Source: Eledone cirrhosa (Eukaryota). Taken from it: DNA of 64,000 nt. The translations under genes and the position numbers were made by a program. This document shows, piece by piece, positions 1 to 11,581 of this stretch. The stretch is from NCBI GenBank assembly GCA_964016885.1, contig OZ024741.1, positions 255,502,001 to 255,566,000 of the forward strand, read 5' to 3'. Each line of letters begins with the position of its first letter. Within the stretch, counting starts at the first letter, position 1. The notes under the pieces are model-generated. The model was not told the DNA's origin and did no database searches. It was given only the letters and a program-made list of their open reading frames with translations.

Positions 1-18
1 ATTAATCTTTATTTATAC
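1..18 (+). repeat. 69-bp AT-rich interspersed segment, 3' part (truncated by window start)
   Basis: ATTAATCTTTATTTATAC followed by GTTTCGCTTTACGAG, identical to the 3' end of the full copies. Confidence 0.95.
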
Positions 19-3000
19 GTTTCGCTTTACGAGTGTTTCGACTTACGAGTGTTTTGACTTACGAGTGTTCTGACTTACGAGTGTTCTGACTTACGAGTGT
101 TCCGACTTACGAGTGTTCCGACTTACGAGTGTTTCGGCTTACGAGTGTTTCCGGCTTACGAGTGTTTCGACTTCCGAGTGTTTTGACTTACGGTGTTTCG
201 GCTTACGAGTGATTCGACTTACGAGTGTTTTGACTTACGGGTGATTTGACTTACGGGTGTTGTGAATTACGAGTGTTCCGATTTACGAGTGTTTTGACTT
301 ACGGTGTTTCGGCTTACGAGTGATTCGACTTACGAATGTTTTGACTTACGGGTGTTTCGGCTTGCGAGTGTTTCGACTTACGAGAGTTTCGGCTTATGGG
401 TGTTTCGACTTACTAATGTTTTTACTTACGAGTGTTTCGGCGTACGAGTGTTTTGACTTACGAGTGTTTCGACTTACGAGTGTTTCGACTTACGAGTGTT
501 TCGGCTTACGTGAGTTTCGACTTAAGAGTGTTCTGATTTACGAGTGTTCTGACTTGCGGGTGTTCTGATTTACGAGTGTTCCGACTTACGAGTGTTTCGG
601 CTTATTAGTGTTTCGACTTACGAGTGTTTCGGCTTACGAGTGTTTCGACTTATGGGTGTTTCGACTTACGAGTGTTTTTACTTACGTTGTTTCGGCTTAC
701 GAGTGTTTCGACATACGAGTGTTTTGACTTACGGGTGTTTCGACTTACGAGTGTTTTGACTTACGAATGTTTTGACTTACGGGTGTTTCGGCTTACGAGT
801 GTTTCGACTTACGAGTGTTTCGGCTTACGAGTGTTTCGACTTATGGGTGTTTCGACTTACGAGTGTTTTTACTTACGGTGTTTCGGCTTACGAGTGTTTC
901 GACATACGAGTGTTTTGACTTACGGGTGTTTCGACTTACGAGTGTTTTGACTTACGAGTGTTTCGACTTATGACTGTTTCGACTTACGAGTGTTTCGGCT
1001 TATGAGTGTTTCGACTTACGAGTGCTTCGGCTTACGAGTGTTTCGACTTACGAGTATTTCGGCTTTCGAGTGTTTCGACGTAAGAATGTTTTGGCTTACG
1101 AGTGTTTCGGCTTATGAGTGTTTCGGCTTACGAGTGTTTCGACTTACGAGTGTTTCGGCTTACGAGTGTTTCAGTGTTTCGGCTTACGTGTGTTTCGACT
1201 GACGAGTGTTTCGACTTACGACTGTTTCGGTTTACGAGTGTTTCGGCTTACGACTGTTTCGACTTACGAGTGTTTTGACTTACGAATGTTTTGACTTACG
1301 GGTGTTTCGGCTTACGAGTGTTTCGACTTACGAGTCTTTCGGCTTACGAGTGTTTCGACTTACTAATGTTTTTACTTACGAGTGTTTCGGCGTACGAGTG
1401 TTTCGACTTACGAGTGTTTCGATTTACGGGTGTTTTGACTTACGGGTGTTTCGGCTTACGAGTGTTTTGACTTACGAGTGTTTTGACTTAAGGGTGTTTC
1501 GACTTACGAGTATTTTTGGCTTACGAGTGTTTCGACTTACGAGTGTTTTGACTTACGAGTGTTCTGATTTACGGATGTTTCGACATACGAGTGTTTCGAC
1601 TTACGAGTGTTTCGACTTACTAATGTTCTTACGAGTGTTTCGGCGTACGAGAGTTTTGACTTACGAGTGTTTCGACTTATGAGTGTTTCGACTTACGAGT
1701 GTTGTGACTTACGAATGTTTTGACTTACGGGTGTTTCGGCTTACGAGTGTTTCGACTTACGAGTCTTTCGGCTTACGAGTGTTTCGACTTACTAATGTTT
1801 TTACTTACGAGTGTTTCGGCGTACGAGTGTTTCGACTTACGAGTGTTTCGACTTACGGGTGTTTTGACTTACGGGTGTTTCGGCTTACGAGTGTTTTGAC
1901 TTACGAGTGTTTTGACTTAAGGTTGTTTCGACTTACGAGTATTTTTGGCTTACGAGTGTTTCGACTTACGAGTGTTTTGACTTACGAGTGTTCTGATTTA
2001 CGGATGTTTCGACATACGAGTGTTTCGACTTACGAGTGTTTCGACTTATGAGTGTTTCGACTTACGAGTGTTTCGGCTTATGAGTGTTTCGACTTACGAG
2101 TGCTTCGGCTTACGAGTGTTTCGACTTACGAGTATTTCGGCTTACGAGTGTTTCGACGTACGAATGTTTTGGCTTACGAGTGTTTCGGCTTATGAGTGTT
2201 TCGGCTTACGAGTGTTTCGACTCACGAGTGTTTCGGCTTACGAGTGTTTCAGTGTTTCGGCTTACGTGTGTTTCGACTTACGATTGTTTCGACTTACTAC
2301 TGTTTCGGCTTACGAGTGTTTCGGCTTGCGAGTGTTTCGGCTTACGAGTGTTTTGACTTACGAGTGTTTTGACTTACGATTGTTTGGCTTACGAGTGTTC
2401 GGACTTACGGGTGTTCTGACTTTCGAATGTTCCGACTTACGAGTGTTTCGGCTTGTGAGGGTTTCGACTTACGAGTGCTTCGGTTTACGAGTGTTTCGAC
2501 TTACGAGTGTTTCGGCTTACGAGTGTTTCGACTTACGAGTGTTTCGACTTACGAGTGTTTTGACTTACGGTGTTTCGGCTTACGAGTGTTTCGACATACG
2601 AGTGTTTTGACGTACGGGTGTTTCGACTTACGGGTCTTTCGACTTAAGAGTGTTTCGACTTACGAGCGCTTCGACTTACGAGTGTTTCGACTTACGAGTG
2701 TTTCGGCGTATGAGTGTTTTGACTTACGAGTGTTTCGACTTACGAGTGTTTCGAATTACGAGTGTTTCGACTTACGAGTGTTTTGACTTACGAGTGTTTT
2801 GACTTCGGTGTTTCTGCTTACGAGTGTTTCGACTTACGAGTGTTATGACTTACGGGTGTTTTCACATACGAGTGTTTCGACTTACGAGTGTTTTGACTTA
2901 CGGGTGTTTTGACATACGAGTGTTTCGATACGAGTGTTCTGACTTACGAGTGTTCTGACTTACGAGTGTTCTGACTTACGAGTGTTTCGACATACGAGTG

Positions 3001-4145
3001 TTTTGACTTACGGGTGTTTCGACTTACGAGTGTTTTCACTTACGAATGTTTTGACTTACGGGTGTTTCGGCTTACGAGTGTTTCGACTTACGAGTGTTTC
3101 GGCTTACGAGTGTTTCGACTTACTAATATTTTTACTTACGAGTGTTTCGGCGTACGAGAGTTTTGACTTACGCGTGTTTCGACTTGCGAGTGTTTCGACT
3201 TACGAGTATTTTGACTTACGAATGTTTTGACTTACGGGTGTTTCGGCTTACGAGTGTTTCGACTTACGAGTCTTTCGGCTTACGAGTGTTTCGACTTACT
3301 AATGTTTTTACTTACGAGTGTTTCGGCGTACGAGTGTTTCGACTTCTGAGTGTTTCGACTTACGGGTGTTTTGACTGACGGGTGTATCGGCTTACGAGTG
3401 TTTTGACTTACGAGTGTTTTGACTTAAGGGTGATTCGACTTACGAGTATTTTTGGCTTACGAGTGTTTCGACTTACGAGTGTTTTGACTTACGAGTGTTC
3501 TGATTTACGGATGTTTCGACATACGAGTGTTTCGACTTACGAGTGTTTCGACTTATGAGTGTTTCGACTTACGAGTGTTTCGACTTACGAGTGTTTCGGC
3601 TTGTGATTGTTTTGACTTACGAGTGTTTTGACTTACGGTGTTTCAGCTTACGAGTGTTTCGACTTACGAGTGTTTTGACTTACGGGTGTTTTGACATACG
3701 AGTGTTTCGATACGAGTGTTCTGACTTACGAGTGTTCTGACTTACGAGTGTTCCGACTTACGAGTGTTCCGACTTACGAGTGTTTCGGCTTACGAGTGTT
3801 TTGACTTAAGGGTGTTTCGACTTACGAGTGTTTCGATACGAGTGTTTCGACTTACGAGTGTTTCGGCTTACGAGTGTTTCGACTTACGAGTGTTTCGACT
3901 TACGAGTGTTCCGACTTACGGGTGTTTCGACTTACGAGTGTTTTGGCTTACGGTGTTTCGACTTACGAGTGTTTCGAGTTAAGAGTGTTTTGACTTACGA
4001 GTGTTCTGATTTACGAGTGTTCTGACTTACGAGTGTTCTGACTTACGAGTGTTCTGACTTACGAGTGTTCTGACTTACGAGTGTTCCGACTTTACGAGTG
4101 TTTCGGCACACGAATGTTTCGGCTTACGAGTGTTTCGACTTACGA

Positions 4146-4214
4146 AAATAACAAATAGACGCGGTTTCAAATCTCTATGCTTTTCAAATTCATTACATTA
4201 ATCTTTATTTATAC
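4146..4214 (+). repeat. 69-bp AT-rich interspersed segment (reference copy)
   Basis: AAATAACAAATAGACGCGGTTTCAAATCTCTATGCTTTTCAAATTCATTACATTAATCTTTATTTATAC, 17/69 GC (~25%). It lies between TTACGA and GTTTCG of a monomer. Confidence 0.97.
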
Positions 4215-7200
4215 GTTTCGCTTTACGAGTGTTTCGACTTACGAGTGTTTCGACATACGAGTGTTTCGACTTACGAATGTTTTTGCTTACGGGTGTTTCG
4301 ACTTACGAATGTTTTTGCTTACGAGTGTTTCGGCTTACGAGTGTTTCCGGCTTACGAGTGTTTCAACTTACGAGTGTTCTGACTTACGAGTGTTCTGACT
4401 TACGGATGTTTCGACACACGAGTGTTTCGAATTACGAGTGTTTCGACTTACGAGTGTTTTGACTTACGGGTGTTTTGACATACGAGTGTTTCGATACGAG
4501 TGTTTCGACTTACGAGTGTTCTGACTTACGAGTGTTCTGATTTAAGGATGTTTCGACATACGAGTGTTTCGACTTACGAGTGTTTCGACTTATGAGTGTT
4601 TCGACTTACGAGTGTTTCGGCTTACGAGTGTTTCGACTTACGAGTGTTTTGACTTACGGTGTTTCGGCTTACGAGTGTTTCGACTTACGAGTGTTTTGAC
4701 TTACGGGTGTTTTGACATACGAGTGTTTCGATACGAGTGTTCTGACTTACGAGTGTTCTGACTTACGAGTGTTCTGACTTACGAGTGTTCTGACTTACGA
4801 GTGTTCTGATTTACGGATGTTTCGACATACGAGTGTTTCGACTTACGAGTGTTTCGACTTATGAGTGTTTCGACTTACGAGTGTTTCGGCTTACGAGTGT
4901 TTCGACTTACGAGTGTTTTGACTTACGGTGTTTCGGCTTACGAGTGTTTCGACTTACGAGTGTTTTGACTTACGGGTGTTTTGACATACGAGTGTTTCGA
5001 TACGAGTGTTCTGACTTACGAGTGTTCTGACTTACGAGTGTTTTGACTTACGAGTGTTCTGACTTACGGGTGTTTCGACTTACGAGTATTTTTGGCTTAC
5101 GAGTGTTTCGACTTACGAGTGTTTTGACTTACGAGTGTTCTGATTTACGGATGTTTCGACATACGAGTGTTTCGACTTACGAATGTTTCGACTTATGAGT
5201 GTTTCGACTTACGAGTGTTTCGGCTTACGAGTGTTTCGACTTACGAGTGTTTTGACTTACGGTGTTTCGGCTTACGAGTGTTTCGACTTACGAGTGTTTT
5301 GACTTACGGGTGTTTTGACATACGAGTGTTTCGATACGAGTGTTCTGACTTACGAGTGTTCTGACTTACGAGTGTTTTGACTTACGAGTGTTCTGACTTA
5401 CGAGTGTTCCGACTTACGAGTGTTCCGACTTACGAGTGTTTCGGCTTACGAGTGTTTCCGGCTTACGAGTGTTTCGACTTCCGAGTGTTTTGACTTACGG
5501 TGTTTCGGCTTACGAGTGATTCGACTTACGAGTGTTTTGACTTACGGGTGATTTGACTTACGGGTGTTGTGAATTTCGAGTGTTCCGATTTACGAGTGTT
5601 TTGACTTACGGTGTTTCGGCTTACGAGTGATTCGACTTACGAATGTTTTGACTTACGGGTGTTTCGGCTTGCGAGTGTTTCGACTTACGAGTGTTTCGGC
5701 TTATGGGTGTTTCGACTTACTAATGTTTTTACTTACGAGTGTTTCGGCGTACGAGTGTTTTGACTTACGAGTGTTTCGACTTACGAGTGTTTCGACTTAC
5801 GAGTGTTTCGACTTACGAGTGTTTCGGCTTACGTGAGTTTCGACTTAAGAGTGTTCTGATTTACGAGTGTTCTGACTTGCGGGTGTTCTGATTTACGAGT
5901 GTTCCGACTTACGAGTGTTTCGGCTTATTAGTGTTTCGACTTATGGGTGTTTCGACTTACGAGTGTTTTTACTTACGGTGTTTCGGCTTACGAGTGTTTC
6001 GACATACGAGTGTTTTGACTTACGGGTGTTTCGACTTACGAGTGTTTTGACTTACGAATGTTTTGACTTACGGGTGTTTCGGCTTACGAGTGTTTCGACT
6101 TACGAGTGTTTAGGCTTACGAGTGTTTCGACTTACTAATGTTCTTACGAGTGTTTCGGCGTACGAGAGTTTTGACTTACGAGTGTTTCGACTGACGAGTG
6201 TTTCGACTTACGAGTGTTTTGACTTACGAATGTTTTGACTTACGGGTGTTTCGGCTGACGATTGTTTCGACTTACGAGTCTTTCGGCTTACGAGTGTTTC
6301 GACTTACTAATGTTTTTACTTACGAGTGTTTCGGCGTACGAGTGTTTCGACTTACGAGTGTTTCGACTTACGGGTGTTTTGACTTACGGGTGTTTCGGCT
6401 TACGAGTGTTTTGACTTACGAGTGTTTTGACTTAAGGGTGTTTCGACTTACGAGTATTTTTGGCTTACGAGTGTTTCGACTTACGAGTGTTTTGACTTAC
6501 GAGTGTTCTGATTTACGGATGTTTCGACATACGAGTGTTTCGACTTACGAGTGTTTCGACTTATGAGTGTTTCGACTTACGAGTGTTTCGGCTTATGAGT
6601 GTTTCGACTTACGAGTGCTTCGGCTTACGAGTGTTTCGACTTACGAGTATTTCGGCTTACGAGTGTTTCGACGTACGAATGTTTTGGCTTACGAGTGTTT
6701 CGGCTTATGAGTGTTTCGGCTTACGAGTGTTTCGGCTTACGAGTGTTTCGGCTTACGAGTGTTTCAGTGTTTCGGCTTACGTGTGTTTCGACTTACGAGT
6801 GTTTCGACTTACGAGTGTTTTGACTTACGAGTGTTCTGATTTACAGATGTTTCGACATACGAGTGTTTCGACTTACGAGTGTTTCGACTTATGAGTGTTT
6901 CGACTTACGAGTGTTTCGACTTACGAGTGTTTCGGCTTGTGATTGTTTCGACTTACGAGTGTTTTGACTTACGGTGTTTCAGCTTACGAGTGTTTCGACT
7001 TACGAGTGTTTTGACTTACGGGTGTTTTGACATACGAGTGTTTCGATACGAGTGTTCTGACTTACGAGTGTTCTGACTTACGAGTGTTTTGACTTACGAG
7101 TGTTCTGACTTACGAGTGTTCCGACTTACGAGTGTTCCGACTTACGAGTGTTTCGGCTTACGAGTGTTTTGACTTAAGGGTGTTTCGACTTACGAGTGTT

Positions 7201-7513
7201 TCGATACGAGTGTTTCGACTTACGAGTGTTTCGGCTTACGAGTGTTTCGACTTACGAGTGTTTCGACTTACGAGTGTTCCGACTTACGGGTGTTTCGACT
7301 TACGAGTGTTTTGGCTTACGGTGTTTCGACTTACGAGTGTTTCGAGTTAAGAGTGTTTTGACTTACGAGTGTTCTGATTTACGAGTGTTCTGACTTACGA
7401 GTGTTCTGACTTACGAGTGTTCTGACTTACGAGTGTTCTGACTTACGAGTGTTCCGACTTTACGAGTGTTTCGGCTCACGAGTGTTTCGGCTTACGAGTG
7501 TTTCGACTTACGA

Positions 7514-7582
7514 AAATAACAAATAGACGCGGTTTCAAATCTCTATGCTTTTCAAATTCATTACATTAATCTTTATTTATAC
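7514..7582 (+). repeat. 69-bp AT-rich interspersed segment
   Basis: Matches the reference copy at 4146-4214. Confidence 0.95.
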
Positions 7583-8345
7583 GTTTCGCTTTACGAGTGT
7601 TTCGACTTACGAGTGTTTCGACATACGAGTGTTTCGACTTACGAATGTTTTTGCTTACGGGTGTTTCGACTTACGAATGTTTTTGCTTACGAGTGTTTCG
7701 GTTTACGAGTGTTCCGACTTACGAGTGTTCCGACTTACGAGTGTTTCGGCTTACGAGTGTTTCCGGCTTACGAGTGTTTCAACTTACGAGTGTTCTGTCT
7801 TACGAGTGTTCTGATTTACGGATGTTTCGACACACGAGTGTTTCGAATTACGAGTGTTTCGACTTACGAGTGTTTTGACTTACGGGTGTTTTGACATACG
7901 AGTGTTTCGATACGAGTGTTTCGACTTACGAGTGTTCTGACTTACGAGTGTTCTGTCTTACGAGTGTTCTGACTTACGAGTGTTCTTACTTACGAGTGTT
8001 CCGACTTACGAGTGTTCCGACTTACGAGTGTTTCGGCTTACGAGTGTTTCGGCTTACGAGTGTTTCGACTTACGAATGTTTCGACTTACGAGTGTTCCGA
8101 CTTACGGGTGTTTCGACTTACGAGTGTTTTGGCTTACGGTGTTTCGGCTTACGAGTGTTTCGAGTTACGAGTGTTTTGACTTACACGTGTTTTGACATAC
8201 GAGTGTTTCGATACGAGTGTTCTGACTTACGAGTGTTCTGACTTACGAGTGTTCTGACTTACGAGTGTTCTGACTTACGAGTGTTCCGACTTTACGAGTG
8301 TTTCGGCTCACGAGTGTTTCGGCTTACGAGTGTTTCGACTTACGA

Positions 8346-8414
8346 AAATAACAAATAGACGCGGTTTCAAATCTCTATGCTTTTCAAATTCATTACATTA
8401 ATCTTTATTTATAT
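8346..8414 (+). repeat. 69-bp AT-rich interspersed segment (terminal C>T variant)
   Basis: Ends ...TTTATAT|GTTTCG instead of ...TTTATAC|GTTTCG. Confidence 0.95.
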
Positions 8415-10141
8415 GTTTCGCTTTACGAGTGTTTCGACTTACGAGTGTTTCGACATACGAGTGTTTCGGCTTACGAGTGTTTCGACTTACGAGTGTTTCG
8501 ACTTACGAGTGTTTCGGCTTACGAGTGTTTTGACTTACGAATGTTTTGACTTACGATTGTTTCGGCTTACGAGTGTTTCGACTTACGAGTGTTCTGACTA
8601 CGAGTGTTCTGACTTACGGGTGTTCTGACTTACGAGTGTTCCGACTTACGAGTGTTTCGGCTTATGAGTGTTTCGACTTACGAGTGCTTCGACTTACGAG
8701 TGTTTCGGCTTACGGGTGTTTCGACTTACGAATGTTTTTGCTTACGAGTGTTTCGGCTTACGAGTGTTTCGGCTTATGAGTGTTTCGACTTACGAGTGTT
8801 TTGACTTACGGGTGTTTTGACATACGAGTGTTTCGATACGATTGTTCTGACTTACGAGTGTTTCCGCTTACGAGTGTTTTGGCTTACGAGTGTTTCGACT
8901 TACTAATGTTTTTACTTACGAGTGTTTCGGTGTACGAGTGTTTCGACTTAAGGATGTTTCGACTTACGAGTGTTTCGACTTACGAGTGTTTCGACTTAGG
9001 AGTGTTTCGACTTACGAGTGTTTTGGCTTACGAATGTTTTGACTTACGGGTGTTTCGACTTACGAGTGTTTCGGCTTATGAGTGTTTCGACTTACGGGCG
9101 TTTCGACTTACGGGTGTTTCGACTTACGAGTGTTTTGGCTTACGAATGTTTTGACTTACGGGTGTTTCGACTTACGAGTGTTTCGACTTATGAGTGTTTG
9201 GACTTACGAGTGTTTCGGCTTATGAGTGTTTCGACTTACGAGTGCTTCGGCTTACGAGTGTTTCGACTGACGAATGTTTTGGCTTACGAGTGTTTCGGCT
9301 TATGAGTGTTTCGGCTTACGAGTGTTTCGACTTACGAGGGTTTCGGCTTACGAGTGTTTCAGTGTTTCGGCTTACGTGTGTTTCGACTTACGAGTGTTTC
9401 GACTTACGACTGTTTCGGCTTACGAGTGTTTCGGCTTACGAGTGTTTCGGCTTACGAGTGTTTTGAATTACGATTGTTTGGCTTACGAGTGTTCTGACTT
9501 ACGGGTGTTCTGACTTACGAGGGTTCCGACTTACGAGTGTTTCGGCTTATGAGGGTTTCGACTTACGAGTGCTTCGGCTTACGAGTGTTTCGACTTACGA
9601 GTGTTTCGGCTTACGAGTGTTTCGACTTACGAGTGTTTTGACTTACGGTGTTTCGGCTTACGAGTGTTTCGACATACGAGTGTTTTGACGTACGGGTGTT
9701 TCGACTTACGGGTCTTTCGACTTAAGAGTGTTTCGACTTACGAGCGCTTCGACTTACGAGTGTTTCGACTTACGAGTGTTTCGACTTACGAGTGTTTCGA
9801 ATTACGAGTGTTTCGACTTACGAGTGTTTTGACTTACGAGTGTTTTGACTTACGGTGTTTCTGCTTACGAGTGTTTCGACTTACGAGTGTTATGACTTAC
9901 GGGTGTTTTGACATACGAGTGTTTCGACTTACGAGTGTTTTGACTTACGGGTGTTTTGACATACGAGTGTTTCGATAGGAGTGTTCTGACTTACGAGTGT
10001 TCTGACTTACGAGTGTTCTGACTTACGAGTGTTCTGACTTACGAGTGTTCTGACTTACGAGTGTTCTGACTTACGAGTGTTCCGACTTTACGAGTGTTTC
10101 GGCTCACGAGTGTTTCGGCTTACGAGTGTTTCGACTTACGA

Positions 10142-10210
10142 AAATAACAAATAGACGCGGTTTCAAATCTCTATGCTTTTCAAATTCATTACATTAATCT
10201 TTATTTATAC
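10142..10210 (+). repeat. 69-bp AT-rich interspersed segment
   Basis: Matches the reference copy. Confidence 0.95.
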
Positions 10211-11512
10211 GTTTCGCTTTACGAGTGTTTCGACTTACGAGTGTTTCGACATACGAGTGTTTCGGCTTACGAGTGTTTTGATTTACAAGTGTTTTGACTT
10301 ACGGGTGCTTCGACTTACGCGTGTTTCGACTTACGAGTGTTTCGACTTACGAGTGTTTCGGCTTATGAGTGTTTTGACTTACGAATGTTTTGACTTACGA
10401 TTGTTTCGGCTTACGAGTGTTTCGACTTACGAGTGTTCTGACTACGAGTGTTCTGACTTACGGGTGTTCTGACTTACGAGTGTTCTGACTTACGAGTGTT
10501 TCGGCTTATGAGTGTTTCGACTTACGAGTGCTTCGACTTACGAGTGTTTCGGCTTACGGGTGTTTCGACTTACGAATGTTTTTGCTTACGAGTGTTTCGG
10601 CTTACGAGTGTTTCGGCTTATGAGTGTTTCGACTTACGAGTGTTTTGACTTACGGGTGTTTTGACATACGAGTGTTTCGATACGATTGTTCTGACTTACG
10701 AGTGTTTCCGCTTACGAGTGTTTCGGCTTACGAGTGTTTCGACTTACTAATGTTTTTACTTACGAGTGTTTCGGTGTACGAGTGTTTCGACTTACGAGTG
10801 TTTCGACTTACGAGTGTTTCGACTTACGAGTGTTTTGGCTTACGAATGTTTTGACATACGGGTGTTTCGGCTTACGAGTGTTTCGACTTACGAGTGTTTC
10901 GGCTTGCGAGTGTTTCGACTTACTAATGTTTTTACTTACGAGTTTTTCGGCGTACGAGTGTTTCGACTTACGAGTGTTTCGACTTACGGGTGTTTTGACT
11001 TAAGGGTGTTTCGACTTACAAGTGTTTCGACTTACGAGTGTTTCGACTTACGAGTGTTCTGACTTACGAGTGTTCTGATTTACGGATGTTTCGACATACG
11101 AGTGTTTCGACTTACGAGTGTTTTGACTTACGGGTGTTTTGACATACGAGTGTTTCGATACGAGTGTTTCGACTTACGAGTGTTCTGACTTACGAGTGTT
11201 CTGACTTACGAGTGTTCTGACTTACGAGTGTTCTGATTTACGAGAGTTCCGACTTACGAGTGTTTCGACTTACGAGTGTTTCGACTTACGAGTGTTCCGA
11301 CTTACGGGTGTTTCGACTTACGAGTGGTTTGGCTTACGGTGTTTCGGCTTACGAGTGTTTCGAGTTACGAGTGTTTTGACTTACGCGTGTTTGACATACG
11401 AGTGTTTCGATACGAGTGTTCTGACTTACGAGTGTTCTGACTTACGAGTGTTCCGACTTTACGAGTGTTTCGGCTCACGAGTGTTTCGGCTTACGAGTGT
11501 TTCGACTTACAA

Positions 11513-11581
11513 AAATAACAAATAGACGCGGTTTCAAATCTCTATGAATTTCAAATTCATTACATTAATCTTTATTTATAC
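11513..11581 (+). repeat. 69-bp AT-rich interspersed segment (divergent ATGAATTTC variant)
   Basis: CTATGAATTTCAAA instead of CTATGCTTTTCAAA; the left flank is TTACAA instead of TTACGA. Confidence 0.95.

Noticed and set aside
4146-4214. Cassette as an independent MITE/SINE (AAATAA...TTATTT inverted 6-mer near its ends)
   Set aside because: A 6-bp AT-only inverted match is expected by chance and is not terminal on the right. There is no TSD, poly(A) tail or Pol III box, and shared flanks point to spread by array duplication.
4177-4398. MLFKFITLIFIYTF... ORF start that looks like a signal peptide fused to variable repeats
   Set aside because: The hydrophobicity follows from T/A-rich codons in the cassette. 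Downstream frames end at arbitrary satellite stops and some copies give under 60 aa. No expression evidence is available; Ribo-seq or proteomics would be needed to revive it.
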